Assembly: GCF_000018105.1 (NCBI RefSeq)
Contig: NC_009925.1
Location: forward strand, 4,680,001 to 4,712,000
Direction of reading: 5' to 3'
DNA from: Acaryochloris marina MBIC11017
GTDB lineage: Bacteria > Cyanobacteriota > Cyanobacteriia > Thermosynechococcales > Thermosynechococcaceae
DNA: 32,000 bases
Translations under genes and position numbers: made by a program
Shown: positions 18,045 to 26,489 of the stretch, piece by piece
Layout of the letters: each line of letters begins with the position of its first letter
Numbering within the stretch: position 1 is the stretch's first letter
Notes under the pieces: model-generated
The model's input: only the letters and a program-made list of their open reading frames with translations
Databases searched by the model: none
What the model was told of the DNA's origin: nothing

Positions 18045-18614
18045 TTAGGCGGCTTCAACTGGCTTAACTGCTTGTTTTGAGAAACCCTGCTTCGTCAATT
18101 CTTGGTTCAGCAACAAGCTATTCTCTACTCGGTCTACAAACATAACGCCTGTTAGATGATCCATTTCATGCTGAATGACCCGCGCCAGCAGATCTGTCGC
18201 CACAATCACTTGCGGCCTACCTTGCTCATCTTTATAAGCAACTTCAATTTGGGCTGGCCGTCGGACATCTAAATATACCCCAGGGATACTCAGACAACCT
18301 TCCTGACCTAACGCTAAGTCATCGCTGTGGCGACGAATTTTAGGATTAAGCAGAATAATGGGTTGATTAGCCGGTTCTTCCGGGTCAGTATCCACTACGA
18401 TTAGCTGCTTGCCTACGGCCACTTGGGGCGCTGCCAGACCAATACCGTCAGCGCTGTACATCGTTTGCAGCATTTGACGGGCCAATTCCCGGATTTCATC
18501 ATCCACCTTGGACACTCGCTTGGCTGATTGTCTAAGCACGCGATCACCAAGGGTGTGAATATTTAGAGGAGGATTTTTAAGTTTGCGCTTTTCAACCAGA
18601 ACTTCAGAAGACAT
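18045..18614 (-). CDS. def: Peptide deformylase
   Basis: The three metal/catalytic motifs are present: GIGLAAPQV, EGCLSIPG and HEMDHL. ATG 18612-18614 is preferred over the TTG at 18620. Confidence 0.9.
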   Translation of the reverse strand: MSSEVLVEKRKLKNPPLNIHTLGDRVLRQSAKRVSKVDDEIRELARQMLQTMYSADGIGLAAPQVAVGKQLIVVDTDPEEPANQPIILLNPKIRRHSDDLALGQEGCLSIPGVYLDVRRPAQIEVAYKDEQGRPQVIVATDLLARVIQHEMDHLTGVMFVDRVENSLLLNQELTKQGFSKQAVKPVEAA

Positions 18615-18738
18615 AACCAAGCGTATAGGGTGGAACGATAAAAGACGTAGAGAATTTCTCTATCCTTCAATTGTACTCAATCCAGGCTAGACCCTCAAAA
18701 CTGCTAAAGCTCAAGCTACCCCATTTATCCTGCAAATA

Positions 18739-18780
18739 GTAATAGCCGGGTGTATTGAATTCAACACACCCGGCTATTAC
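18739..18780. repeat. 42-nt near-perfect palindrome centred on GAATTC
   Basis: GTAATAGCCGGGTGTaTTGAA|TTCAAcACACCCGGCTATTAC gives 21-nt arms with one mismatch. It lies between the mini-ORF (18842-18955, minus) and the def promoter region. Confidence 0.8.
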
Positions 18781-18841
18781 CTAAGAAGGTCAAGGGAAAT
18801 GGATTATTGATGTTTTAATCGCAGTTCCTATCTCCCTTGAC

Positions 18842-18955
18842 TTAGGGTCTACGCAATTGATCGCGATTGTGTAGCAAACGCAACAGAAAATGGATGGACA
18901 AAAGATACAGAGATGCAATGGTCAGCAGCAGGACGGGGACAGGAATAGTTGGCAT
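18842..18955 (-). CDS. 37-codon hydrophobic mini-ORF (hypothetical single-TM peptide)
   Basis: ATG at 18953-18955 and TAA at 18842-18844. The product is MPTIPVPVLLLTIASLYLLSIHFLLRLLHNRDQLRRP, one TM helix plus a basic tail. I see no clear Shine-Dalgarno sequence. It is flanked on the 3' side by two nested inverted repeats. Confidence 0.25.
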   Translation of the reverse strand: MPTIPVPVLLLTIASLYLLSIHFLLRLLHNRDQLRRP

Positions 18956-19402
18956 GGCAGACGGAGTGTAAGAAGGAAAAAGTAGATTTAGAATTAGCAG
19001 TATCAACGCAATGAGGTTGACCTAGCCTACTTTTTTAAGCATGCGAAAACTCTACGATTAATAGGATAGGTTCCTATAAACCGCAGCACGGCAACCTAGG
19101 GCAGGCCATTCTTTAAGCACAGGTGCACTAAAAGAATCTCATTACAAAACGGACAAGTTAACTGGCAAAAAAGCTCACTTAACTTATTACTCCCAACACC
19201 CAAGGTATACAGAAAAATCACGCAGAAACGTTACACAGTTTCTAGGCGTTTAGCTCTCTAAACAATCGGAAAAAGGTAGTGTGAGCCTCTTTTCCTTTCG
19301 GAGAGTATGAATATCAGTTTTTCTAATCCCTTGAATTCTAAGTTAACACAGCTCTCTAGGAATTGTCAGTCCCATTCCTGAGAATTATTAATAATAGTTA
19401 AC

Positions 19403-19441
19403 AATCCCTGAAAATGTTCTTGGTTAACATTTTCAGGGATT
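19403..19441. repeat. Perfect 16-bp inverted repeat with a 7-nt loop
   Basis: AATCCCTGAAAATGTT (19403-19418), loop cttggtt, then AACATTTTCAGGGATT (19426-19441). No U-tract follows on either strand, so it is not a canonical terminator. Confidence 0.8.
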
Positions 19442-19630
19442 GAATTTATACAGAAATATTATTCTTGAGAATAAAATAAGATGTTTCCTAGACTCGATGC
19501 TTGCCGTTTTTATGCAGATAGAGCTATAAGATTATTTAATGAGTAAGGCAAACACTGCTCAGTTAACTTGAAAAGCCGATAGACACTCGATCTTTCCCTA
19601 GCCCTATCAAGCCCAGGTAAGAAGACCTAG

Positions 19631-19671
19631 AACAAAAAGAGCACCCATTGCTCATTAGCAAATGGATGCTC
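19631..19671 (-). terminator. Rho-independent terminator of petBD
   Basis: The minus strand reads GAGCATCCATTTGCT-aatg-AGCAATGGGTGCTC, about 14 bp with one bulge and one G-U pair. TTTTTGTT follows immediately. It sits 45 nt after the petD stop. Confidence 0.65.
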
Positions 19672-19716
19672 AGAAAATTAATACCCCTATTGCTTATAAA
19701 GCTGAGGGTTCAGAAC

Positions 19717-20202
19717 TTAGAACAATCCCAAGGTCAAAGACTTGTCAATGGGAAGTGTTGCACCAATTCCTAACCATAGGGTGAAGACTACGCTAAATAG
19801 GAAGACGCTAGTCGCAATGGGTCGACGGAATGGGTTCTGGAACTTATTCACGTTTTCAATGAAAGGAATAAGCATGAGTCCCAAAGGAATTGTGGTCTGA
19901 ATGAGGACGCCCAACAGCTTGCTGGGAACTGTCCGCAGAATCTGGAAGACAGGATATAGATACCATTCAGGCAGAATTTCTAAGGGGGTGGCGAAGGGAT
20001 TAGAAGGTTCACCAATCATGGCTGGGTCTAAGACCGCTAAGCCAATGACCAGGGAGATCGTGCCCATAATCACCACAGGGAAAATATAGAGCAGGTCATT
20101 AGGCCAGGCGGGCTCACCATAATAGTTATGGCCCATGCCCTTTTTAAGCTTTTCCTTTAACTGTGGATCGCTTAGATCAGGTTGTTTAAGTATTTTTGCC
20201 AT
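19717..20202 (-). CDS. petD: Cytochrome b6-f complex subunit IV
   Basis: 160 aa, [45 protein letters not shown]...[13 protein letters not shown]. This is a very highly conserved sequence. Confidence 0.95.
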   Translation of the reverse strand: MAKILKQPDLSDPQLKEKLKKGMGHNYYGEPAWPNDLLYIFPVVIMGTISLVIGLAVLDPAMIGEPSNPFATPLEILPEWYLYPVFQILRTVPSKLLGVLIQTTIPLGLMLIPFIENVNKFQNPFRRPIATSVFLFSVVFTLWLGIGATLPIDKSLTLGLF

Positions 20203-20319
20203 GGTTGCGAGTGTTCTCCGTTCTATTTTTGGGTCAGCAGGTGAGGGTTCTCACAAAGACTTACGTCAAAAGTCTGAGACTCCGAAAACAGAAAACCCGA
20301 TTCAGAGCCTAAAAAGTGT

Positions 20320-20967
20320 TTACAAAGGACCAGAAATACCTTGCTTCCGAATCATCAAGAAGTGAAGCAGCATAAACACTGCAATCAACCAAGGTAGAAC
20401 AAAGGTGTGCAAACTGTAAAAACGTGTAAGGGTAGATTGACCAACGCTAGTGCCACCACGTAGCAGCTCAACGATGGAAGAACCAACTACAGGAATTGCT
20501 TCAGGAACACCTGACACAATTTTGACGGCCCAGTAACCAACTTGGTCCCAGGGCAGAGAGTAGCCTGTTACACCAAAAGTAACGGTAATCACAGCGAGGA
20601 CAACGCCAGTGATCCAGGTCAGCTCTCGGGGCTTTTTGAATCCGCCAGTTAGATAAACCCGGAAAACGTGGAGAATCATCATCAAGACCATCATGCTGGC
20701 AGACCAGCGATGGATGGAACGTATCAACCATCCAAAATTTACTTCGGTCATGATGTACTGAATGGAGTTAAATGCCTCGGTGACCGTCGGTCGATAGTAG
20801 AAGGTCATCGCAAATCCAGTGGCAAACTGGATGATAAAGCAAACTAAGGTAACTCCACCCAGGCAGTAAAAAATATTGACGTGAGGCGGCACGTACTTGG
20901 TGGTGACGTCATCGGCAATCGCCTGAATCTCAAGGCGTTCCTCAAACCAGTCGTACACTTTGCTCAT
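20320..20967 (-). CDS. petB: Cytochrome b6
   Basis: 215 aa, [38 protein letters not shown]...[13 protein letters not shown]...[11 protein letters not shown]. It is canonical cytochrome b6 and lies 117 nt upstream of petD. Confidence 0.95.
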   Translation of the reverse strand: MSKVYDWFEERLEIQAIADDVTTKYVPPHVNIFYCLGGVTLVCFIIQFATGFAMTFYYRPTVTEAFNSIQYIMTEVNFGWLIRSIHRWSASMMVLMMILHVFRVYLTGGFKKPRELTWITGVVLAVITVTFGVTGYSLPWDQVGYWAVKIVSGVPEAIPVVGSSIVELLRGGTSVGQSTLTRFYSLHTFVLPWLIAVFMLLHFLMIRKQGISGPL

Positions 20968-21175
20968 AAAGCTAGGGGTTCCAAAAAAATGTATCGCTCT
21001 TCATAAAAAATGTAACACAGTGCCTATACACCTTTCAGAAAATCATGGCGGTATTTTCCTGGCTCGCCGCAATTAAACTTATTTTTGAGAATTACGGAAA
21101 ATAAAATCAACGTTACAAAGCGCTTTTGAGGAGCTGGAGGGGCAAGATAAAGCCGAATATCGTTAGAATTTACAA

Positions 21176-22408
21176 ATGATTAAACGTATTGTTAGCTATA
21201 TATTTATTCTGCAATTTGCCCTCTCCCTAGCGATTGCCCCTCCTGCCATCGCCTTAACTGAAGAGCAATTGCTCTATAACGAAGCTTGGCGTCTAGTGGA
21301 TCAAGCTTATGTGGATGACTCCTTCAACCATCAGGATTGGCGGACGGTGCGTCAAAAGGCATTAACCACCCAAATGCCGGATCGGGAGTCTACCTACAAG
21401 GCTATCCGCGACATGCTAGATAGCCTTGGCGATCCGTTTACTCGCCTGTTACAGCCAAAGCAATACCAGAGCTTAAAGACCAGTACGTCTGGTGAACTCA
21501 CTGGGGTTGGCTTACAAATCATTCAAAATGAAGAATCAGGCTATTTAGAAGTACTGGCTCCTATTGAAGGATCACCGGCTGCTAGTGCAGGGGTGCAAGC
21601 GGCAGATCAAATTCTCAAAATTGACAATATTCCAACTACGGACCTGTCCCTAGATGAAGCGGCTGAGCGCATGCGTGGTCCCATCGGGTCAACGGTAAAG
21701 TTAAAGGTGGAACGTCCTGATCAGGGCGTATTGCTGTTTCCCATCAAACGCGATCGCATTGCCATTAATCCGGTATTTGCTGAATTGCGTCCTCAACCCA
21801 ACGGTCAAGATATTGGTTTTATCCGTCTACGCCAATTCAACGCCAATGCTACCCAAGAAATGCAGGCAGCGATTACCCGCCTTGAAGCTGAGGGGGCTGA
21901 AGGCTACATTCTAGACCTACGGAATAATCCGGGAGGCCTTTTGCAAGCTGGGGTTGAGATTGCCCAGATGTGGCTCGACCCCAGCCCCATCGTCTACACC
22001 GTTGATCGCCAAGGGATTCGCAATAGCTTTGACTCTAAAGCCGGTTCCCTAACGGACGCCCCTCTGATTGTTTTAGTCAATCGGGGTAGTGCCAGCGCCA
22101 GTGAAATCTTGGCAGGGGCTTTGCAAGATAATGGTCGTGCCCAATTAGTAGGTGAGCAAACCTTTGGCAAAGGTTCGATTCAATCTCTGTTTAATCTGTC
22201 GGATGGCTCCGGTCTAGCGATTACCATCGCAAAATATGAAACTCCTAGTCATCGCAACATTAATAAGGTGGGGATTAAACCCGATAAAATCGTTGCCCTC
22301 AAAACCCTGCGAAGTGACCAAGTGGGGACGGATGCGGATACTCAATATCAGCAGGCCCTCAAACTTCTGGCAGAACCAGCGGTGATTGCCAGTGCAACCT
22401 CTACCTAG
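21176..22408 (+). CDS. Carboxyl-terminal processing protease (S41; CtpA/B/C family)
   Basis: 410 aa. It has a signal anchor, a PDZ region (GVGLQI...VLAPIEGSPAASAGVQAADQILKID) and an S41 catalytic region (LDLRNNPGGLL, VLVNRGSASASEILAGAL, TFGKGSIQ). The paralogue cannot be assigned by eye. Confidence 0.9.
   Translation: MIKRIVSYIFILQFALSLAIAPPAIALTEEQLLYNEAWRLVDQAYVDDSFNHQDWRTVRQKALTTQMPDRESTYKAIRDMLDSLGDPFTRLLQPKQYQSLKTSTSGELTGVGLQIIQNEESGYLEVLAPIEGSPAASAGVQAADQILKIDNIPTTDLSLDEAAERMRGPIGSTVKLKVERPDQGVLLFPIKRDRIAINPVFAELRPQPNGQDIGFIRLRQFNANATQEMQAAITRLEAEGAEGYILDLRNNPGGLLQAGVEIAQMWLDPSPIVYTVDRQGIRNSFDSKAGSLTDAPLIVLVNRGSASASEILAGALQDNGRAQLVGEQTFGKGSIQSLFNLSDGSGLAITIAKYETPSHRNINKVGIKPDKIVALKTLRSDQVGTDADTQYQQALKLLAEPAVIASATST
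21750..21757. repeat. HIP1 octamer GCGATCGC
   Basis: Exact match read in the sequence. Confidence 0.95.
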
Positions 22409-23663
22409 TCGGACCTATCATGATCCCTTACATGGGAGTATTACCTTAACGGCCCAAGATCCGGTTGAATCTCTGTTGATTCAGTTGATCGATACCCCTG
22501 AATTCCAAAGATTACGGCGTATTCGCCAACTGGGAACCGCTAGCCTTACCTTTCATGGTGCTGAAGGCTCTCGGTTTACCCACTCTTTGGGGGTGATGCA
22601 TGTCGCCCGGCTGGCCTTTGATCGGTTAATTCAGACTTATCCTCAATTATTGCCCTACCGTGCCCTCGTTCTTTGCGGAGCTTTGTTACATGATATTGGT
22701 CATGGCCCCTACAGCCATACTGGCGAGGATATATTTAATAGCCATCATGAGACCTGGACGCGCACCATTCTGAGGGAGTCACCCCGGATGCGCACCTTGC
22801 TGGATCAGTTTGACCCAGATTTAGCATCTCAGTTGGAACAAGTCTATTTAAAGACTTTTGAATTACCTATTGTTAGTCAGCTCGTGTCGAGTCAGTTAGA
22901 CTGTGACCGTCTCGACTACCTTTTGAGAGATAGCTATTTCACGGGGGCGTCTTATGGCCAGCTCGATTTAGATCGCATTCTGATGGCGCTGGATTATGAC
23001 CCCCAAACCCAGCAGTTAGTTGTGGAGCAAAAGGGGCAAGCCGCCATTGAGCATTATTTGGTGGTTCGCTACTTTATGTATGCCCAGATCTACAATCATC
23101 CCAAAAATTTGGCATCGGCTTGGGGCTTAGTGCAAGCCTTTCGGCGGGCCAAAGAACTGTTGAAGGAAGGAAAAATTAGCGCCGATCAAACCGTGAGAGC
23201 CTGGTTGTTTCAGACGGACGGTAATTTATCGCTGCAGGATTATCTCGCTGCGGATGATATTGTTTTCACCTACCATCTGCACCTGTGGCAGCAGAGTAAT
23301 GACGCTATTTTGAGTAATTTATGTCGCCGCCATCTCAATCGAGATTTGCTGAAGGCGATGGATATTACCGATCTGACCGCAGCTCAACAACAAGACTGTT
23401 TAGCCCATAGCCAGAAATTGGTTCAGGCGCAAGGCTGGGATCCTAACTACTATACGGGGCTGCAAGTTGCATTGACTCGCGGCTATACCTTGTACCAACG
23501 AGGCATTAATTTACTCACGGGGCAAGGGCTGGTGGAAATTAGTGAAGTGTCGGTCCTTGTCCAAGCCTTAATTCAACCGTTTCGACGAGCGTGGATTATT
23601 TATCCCCTAGGGATTGAGAATGATCTCAAGCAGATTCCTGTTTTACAGGAGCAACGGCAGTAA
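22386..23663 (+). CDS. HD-domain phosphohydrolase (COG1078, SAMHD1-like family)
   Basis: YHDPLHGSI at the N-terminus, RFTHSLGV, the LLHDIGHGPYSH metal motif and DCDRLDYLLRDS. The start is TTG 22386 or GTG 22392, and the CDS overlaps the 3' end of the protease gene by about 20 nt. Confidence 0.8.
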   Translation: MPVQPLPSRTYHDPLHGSITLTAQDPVESLLIQLIDTPEFQRLRRIRQLGTASLTFHGAEGSRFTHSLGVMHVARLAFDRLIQTYPQLLPYRALVLCGALLHDIGHGPYSHTGEDIFNSHHETWTRTILRESPRMRTLLDQFDPDLASQLEQVYLKTFELPIVSQLVSSQLDCDRLDYLLRDSYFTGASYGQLDLDRILMALDYDPQTQQLVVEQKGQAAIEHYLVVRYFMYAQIYNHPKNLASAWGLVQAFRRAKELLKEGKISADQTVRAWLFQTDGNLSLQDYLAADDIVFTYHLHLWQQSNDAILSNLCRRHLNRDLLKAMDITDLTAAQQQDCLAHSQKLVQAQGWDPNYYTGLQVALTRGYTLYQRGINLLTGQGLVEISEVSVLVQALIQPFRRAWIIYPLGIENDLKQIPVLQEQRQ

Positions 23664-23908
23664 CAGCAGCTCTACTAAACATAGCTGAAATGGTTCAGCA
23701 TTGGAGTGAATCATGACATCCATTTCCAGGCGAAGATATCTCTAAAAAAAATGGGTAACATGTTTAAATCACATACCTGCGTACAAGCAATCAATATGTG
23801 GTTCTAGGGTCATGTTAGGCTTAACCCGGATTAAGTAGATGATCTTGAGATATAGTTTTATTTCTGCTCGATAAATTATTTTGAAGTTGTTATTCCCTTA
23901 AAAACACC

Positions 23909-24325
23909 ATGGATGCTGACCAGGAAACAAAGACGACTGCCAACTTGGATGTAAGTACCGAAACCTCTGGAAGCTTGTCTCCTCTTTCTGCGGACGACTC
24001 CACTTCGATTGATGTTAATGAGATTGGCAAGCAGTTAAGAGACTTTGTGGATACGTTCCCCAAACAGGTGGGAGAAACCTATTCCATTTATAAAAAACCT
24101 CTAAATCTGTTCTTAGTCATTTCTGCTGCAGCCGTTGCTGCAGCGGTTGCAAATGGCGTTTTAGACGTTCTCAATTCAATTCCTTTCGTTGCGCCACTGC
24201 TCGAACTGATTGGTCTAGGCTATTCCGCTTGGTTCGCCTGGAATTACTTAACCTATGCCGAAAAACGACAGCAGTTGGTAGAAGACTATCGTCAGCTCAA
24301 AGCTAAAGTTACGGGGCAAAGCTAA
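23909..24325 (+). CDS. curT: CAAD-domain / CURT1-family thylakoid membrane-curvature protein
   Basis: 138 aa. It has an acidic N-terminus, two adjacent TM helices and an amphipathic tail. IPFVAPLLELIGLGYSAWFAWNYLTYAEKRQQL matches the CAAD/CURT1 signature (..P...PLLELiGlGYsgWF..rYLL....R.eL). Confidence 0.7.
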   Translation: MDADQETKTTANLDVSTETSGSLSPLSADDSTSIDVNEIGKQLRDFVDTFPKQVGETYSIYKKPLNLFLVISAAAVAAAVANGVLDVLNSIPFVAPLLELIGLGYSAWFAWNYLTYAEKRQQLVEDYRQLKAKVTGQS

Positions 24326-24373
24326 AGTTTCAAGTGGGTCTTGCTAACCCACCTCTTTAGACTTGATAGATTT

Positions 24374-24406
24374 GTGAGGCTGTAAATGCAGCCTCACTTG
24401 TTTTTT
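24374..24406 (+). terminator. Rho-independent terminator after curT (the hairpin also lies just 3' of convergent rnhA)
   Basis: GTGAGGCTG-taaatg-CAGCCTCAC followed by TTGTTTTTT. Confidence 0.7.
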
Positions 24407-24417
24407 GGGGCCGATGC

Positions 24418-25191
24418 CTAGGAGTTAAGACGCTCTAACTGCCACAGAATCTGGTTGCCTTCCCGACGGACACGGGAGATTAGCCAATTGCGCCACACCC
24501 ATTCATCCCCTCTGCTAGTGACCGCGTTGGCGTGGACCGCCATTAGATCTGCTAATTCAGAACTGCTGATTAGATAACCCTCTTTCGCAATGTGATCGGC
24601 AATTTCCAACGTTTCGACTAAATCCTGCAGATGAGAGATCCTCGATTCACTGGCAGGATGTTCTGCATGATCGGGAGGATGTTGATTCACTTCGGGAGAG
24701 TCTGGCATGGTACTGGGGGTAATTTGGTGAAGGTCAGGGGTTTGATACTGGGAAAAAGCACGAGCGATCTGATCACATCGCTCATTGCCTTCATGGCCTC
24801 CATGAGCGCGGATATATCGCCAGTCTATGGTCGCATCATTAAGTTGATCGAGCTGTTGCCACAAATCTTGATTCAGAACCGCTTTACCTTTAGCTGTTTT
24901 CCAGCCTTTACGTTTCCATCCTGCCAACCACTTAGTAATGCCATTTTTGACGTATTCGCTGTCAGTATAGAGGGGAATGGTCTTAGGTAACGGTTGGTCT
25001 TGCAACAATTCCAAGATTGCGATCGCAGCCTGCAATTCCATCCGGTTATTCGTCGTTTGAGGCACAAACCCGCCAATTTCATGGCAGGATCCATCTTTGA
25101 AGTAGATGACACTGCCCCATCCGCCTGGACCAGGATTCCCTGAACAAGCGCCATCAGTATAGATACTGTCAATATCAGAAAAAGCCGGCAT
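24418..25191 (-). CDS. rnhA: Ribonuclease HI with a C-terminal extension of about 105 aa
   Basis: Residues 1-150 are IYTDGACSGNPGPGGWG, NNRMELQAAI, LYTDSEYV, WRYIRAHGGHEGNERCDQIA (DEDD carboxylates and the basic protrusion WKRKGWKT). Residues about 150-257 have no RNase H counterpart. Confidence 0.85.
   Translation of the reverse strand: MPAFSDIDSIYTDGACSGNPGPGGWGSVIYFKDGSCHEIGGFVPQTTNNRMELQAAIAILELLQDQPLPKTIPLYTDSEYVKNGITKWLAGWKRKGWKTAKGKAVLNQDLWQQLDQLNDATIDWRYIRAHGGHEGNERCDQIARAFSQYQTPDLHQITPSTMPDSPEVNQHPPDHAEHPASESRISHLQDLVETLEIADHIAKEGYLISSSELADLMAVHANAVTSRGDEWVWRNWLISRVRREGNQILWQLERLNS
25019..25026. repeat. HIP1 octamer GCGATCGC
   Basis: Exact match read in the sequence. Confidence 0.95.
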
Positions 25192-25283
25192 GGTCCGTCA
25201 TCATCAAAGCAAACGTCGCTCCTATCCTAGGTGATTGGTCGCAAGGATAACAGAACTGATTTTTAACAGAGGAGATCCACCCC

Positions 25284-25859
25284 ATGCCCCCCTTGATTGT
25301 GGCTACCCAAAACCCTGGCAAATTGAAAGAGATGCAGCAACACCTGGCCGATTTGCCCTGGGAGTTACAGCTAATGCCCCCGGATCTAGAGATTGAAGAA
25401 ACCGGCACCACCTTTCGGGAAAATGCCATTCTCAAGGCAACTCAGGTGGCAAAGCACTTGGGGCAATGGGCGATTGCCGATGATTCAGGCTTAGAAGTTA
25501 TGGCTCTGGATGGAGCCCCCGGTCTTTACTCGGCCCGATATGGCAAAACCGATATAGATCGGATTCAACGTCTGCTGACAGAACTCCAGGGAAAGACCGA
25601 TCGCAGTGCTCAATTCGTTTGCGTAATTGCGTTGGCCCGACCGGATGGCAGCGTAGCCTGTCAAGCAAAAGGCGTTTGTCCGGGAGAAATTCTGCAGGCT
25701 CCGCAAGGCGAGGGGGGCTTTGGCTATGATCCCATTTTCTATGTTCCCTCTCAGCAGCAAACCTTTGCCGAACTCTCGGCAACTGCCAAACGCCAGATCA
25801 GCCATCGGGGGGAAGCCATCAAGGTCCTGATGCCCCAGCTATTGGCTTTGGAGACTTAG
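25284..25859 (+). CDS. rdgB: Non-canonical purine NTP pyrophosphatase (XTP/dITP diphosphatase, HAM1/RdgB family)
   Basis: 191 aa, with ATQNPGKLKE, ETGTTFRENA, ADDSGLEV..L.GAPGLYSARY, GEGGFGYDPIF and SHRG. Confidence 0.9.
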   Translation: MPPLIVATQNPGKLKEMQQHLADLPWELQLMPPDLEIEETGTTFRENAILKATQVAKHLGQWAIADDSGLEVMALDGAPGLYSARYGKTDIDRIQRLLTELQGKTDRSAQFVCVIALARPDGSVACQAKGVCPGEILQAPQGEGGFGYDPIFYVPSQQQTFAELSATAKRQISHRGEAIKVLMPQLLALET

Positions 25860-26410
25860 GGGGAAATAACTAAATGCCACTCAGCATCCGTCTGTTTAAG
25901 GGTGGGCTGTGGGGTATCTCCCACCACATAAGGCCCCCAGTATTTTTGCGATCCATCGAGGGCAAAGGCCATCAAGACATCGCCTTGATAGAGCTGCATG
26001 GGACCTGAAGGCAAGGAGACTTTGAGGCCACCAATACTGCCTTCTTGGGGGGCAAAATCCCAATGAACTGGCTCTTTGAAGTGGGGTGTGTCAGGGGGGC
26101 TGGGATGGTTGGGATTGAGATGACTGCGCAGCACCACGCGAATAGGAAATTGGGTTTGATTACTGATGCGGAGGACATCGGAACGAGGGTCAATGGATAG
26201 GTGCGGTTCTTTGTTGGCAATGACCTTGGGCTGGTCTTTGGCCATCGCATCTGGAACTGTCGGTTTTACTTCCAACACCGGCGGCGCTTTTTCAGCGGTG
26301 ATTGATGGTTCAATCCAAATACTGAAGTAAAGCTGCGTTAACAATAGAGCCCCTGAACCACCTACGACTGCAGCTAGCACCATTGGTACGATCCCAGATT
26401 TTGAAGCCAT
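25856..26410 (-). CDS. Membrane-anchored hypothetical protein
   Basis: 184 aa, with an N-terminal TM anchor (IVPMVLAAVVGGSGALLLTQLYF) followed by a soluble domain. Codon usage resembles the neighbouring genes. I recognise no motif. Confidence 0.6.
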   Translation of the reverse strand: MASKSGIVPMVLAAVVGGSGALLLTQLYFSIWIEPSITAEKAPPVLEVKPTVPDAMAKDQPKVIANKEPHLSIDPRSDVLRISNQTQFPIRVVLRSHLNPNHPSPPDTPHFKEPVHWDFAPQEGSIGGLKVSLPSGPMQLYQGDVLMAFALDGSQKYWGPYVVGDTPQPTLKQTDAEWHLVISP

Positions 26411-26489
26411 CCTTTTTTGGCCTCCGTATGTTATTGATGCATCATCCTATCGCATTTTCTTCCCCTACACATCTATGAGGAGGAATGCG

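Noticed and set aside
18765-18780. ACACCCGGCTAT resembling the RNase P RNA 'ACAGAACCCGGCTTA' conserved region
   Set aside because: It is simply one arm of the 42-nt palindrome. The other universal RNase P blocks (for example GGAAAGTCCGGGCTCC) are absent from the gap.
21163-21178. A TAGAAT -10-like box 7 nt upstream of the Ctp protease ATG, suggesting a leaderless mRNA
   Set aside because: There is no convincing -35 element, and a single hexamer in AT-rich DNA is weak evidence. It would need TSS mapping, so it is not reported as a feature.
25175-25435. 86-aa minus-strand ORF spanning the rnhA-rdgB intergenic region
   Set aside because: It overlaps the rdgB 5' coding region antisense and the rnhA start. 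It has no motifs and is likely spurious.
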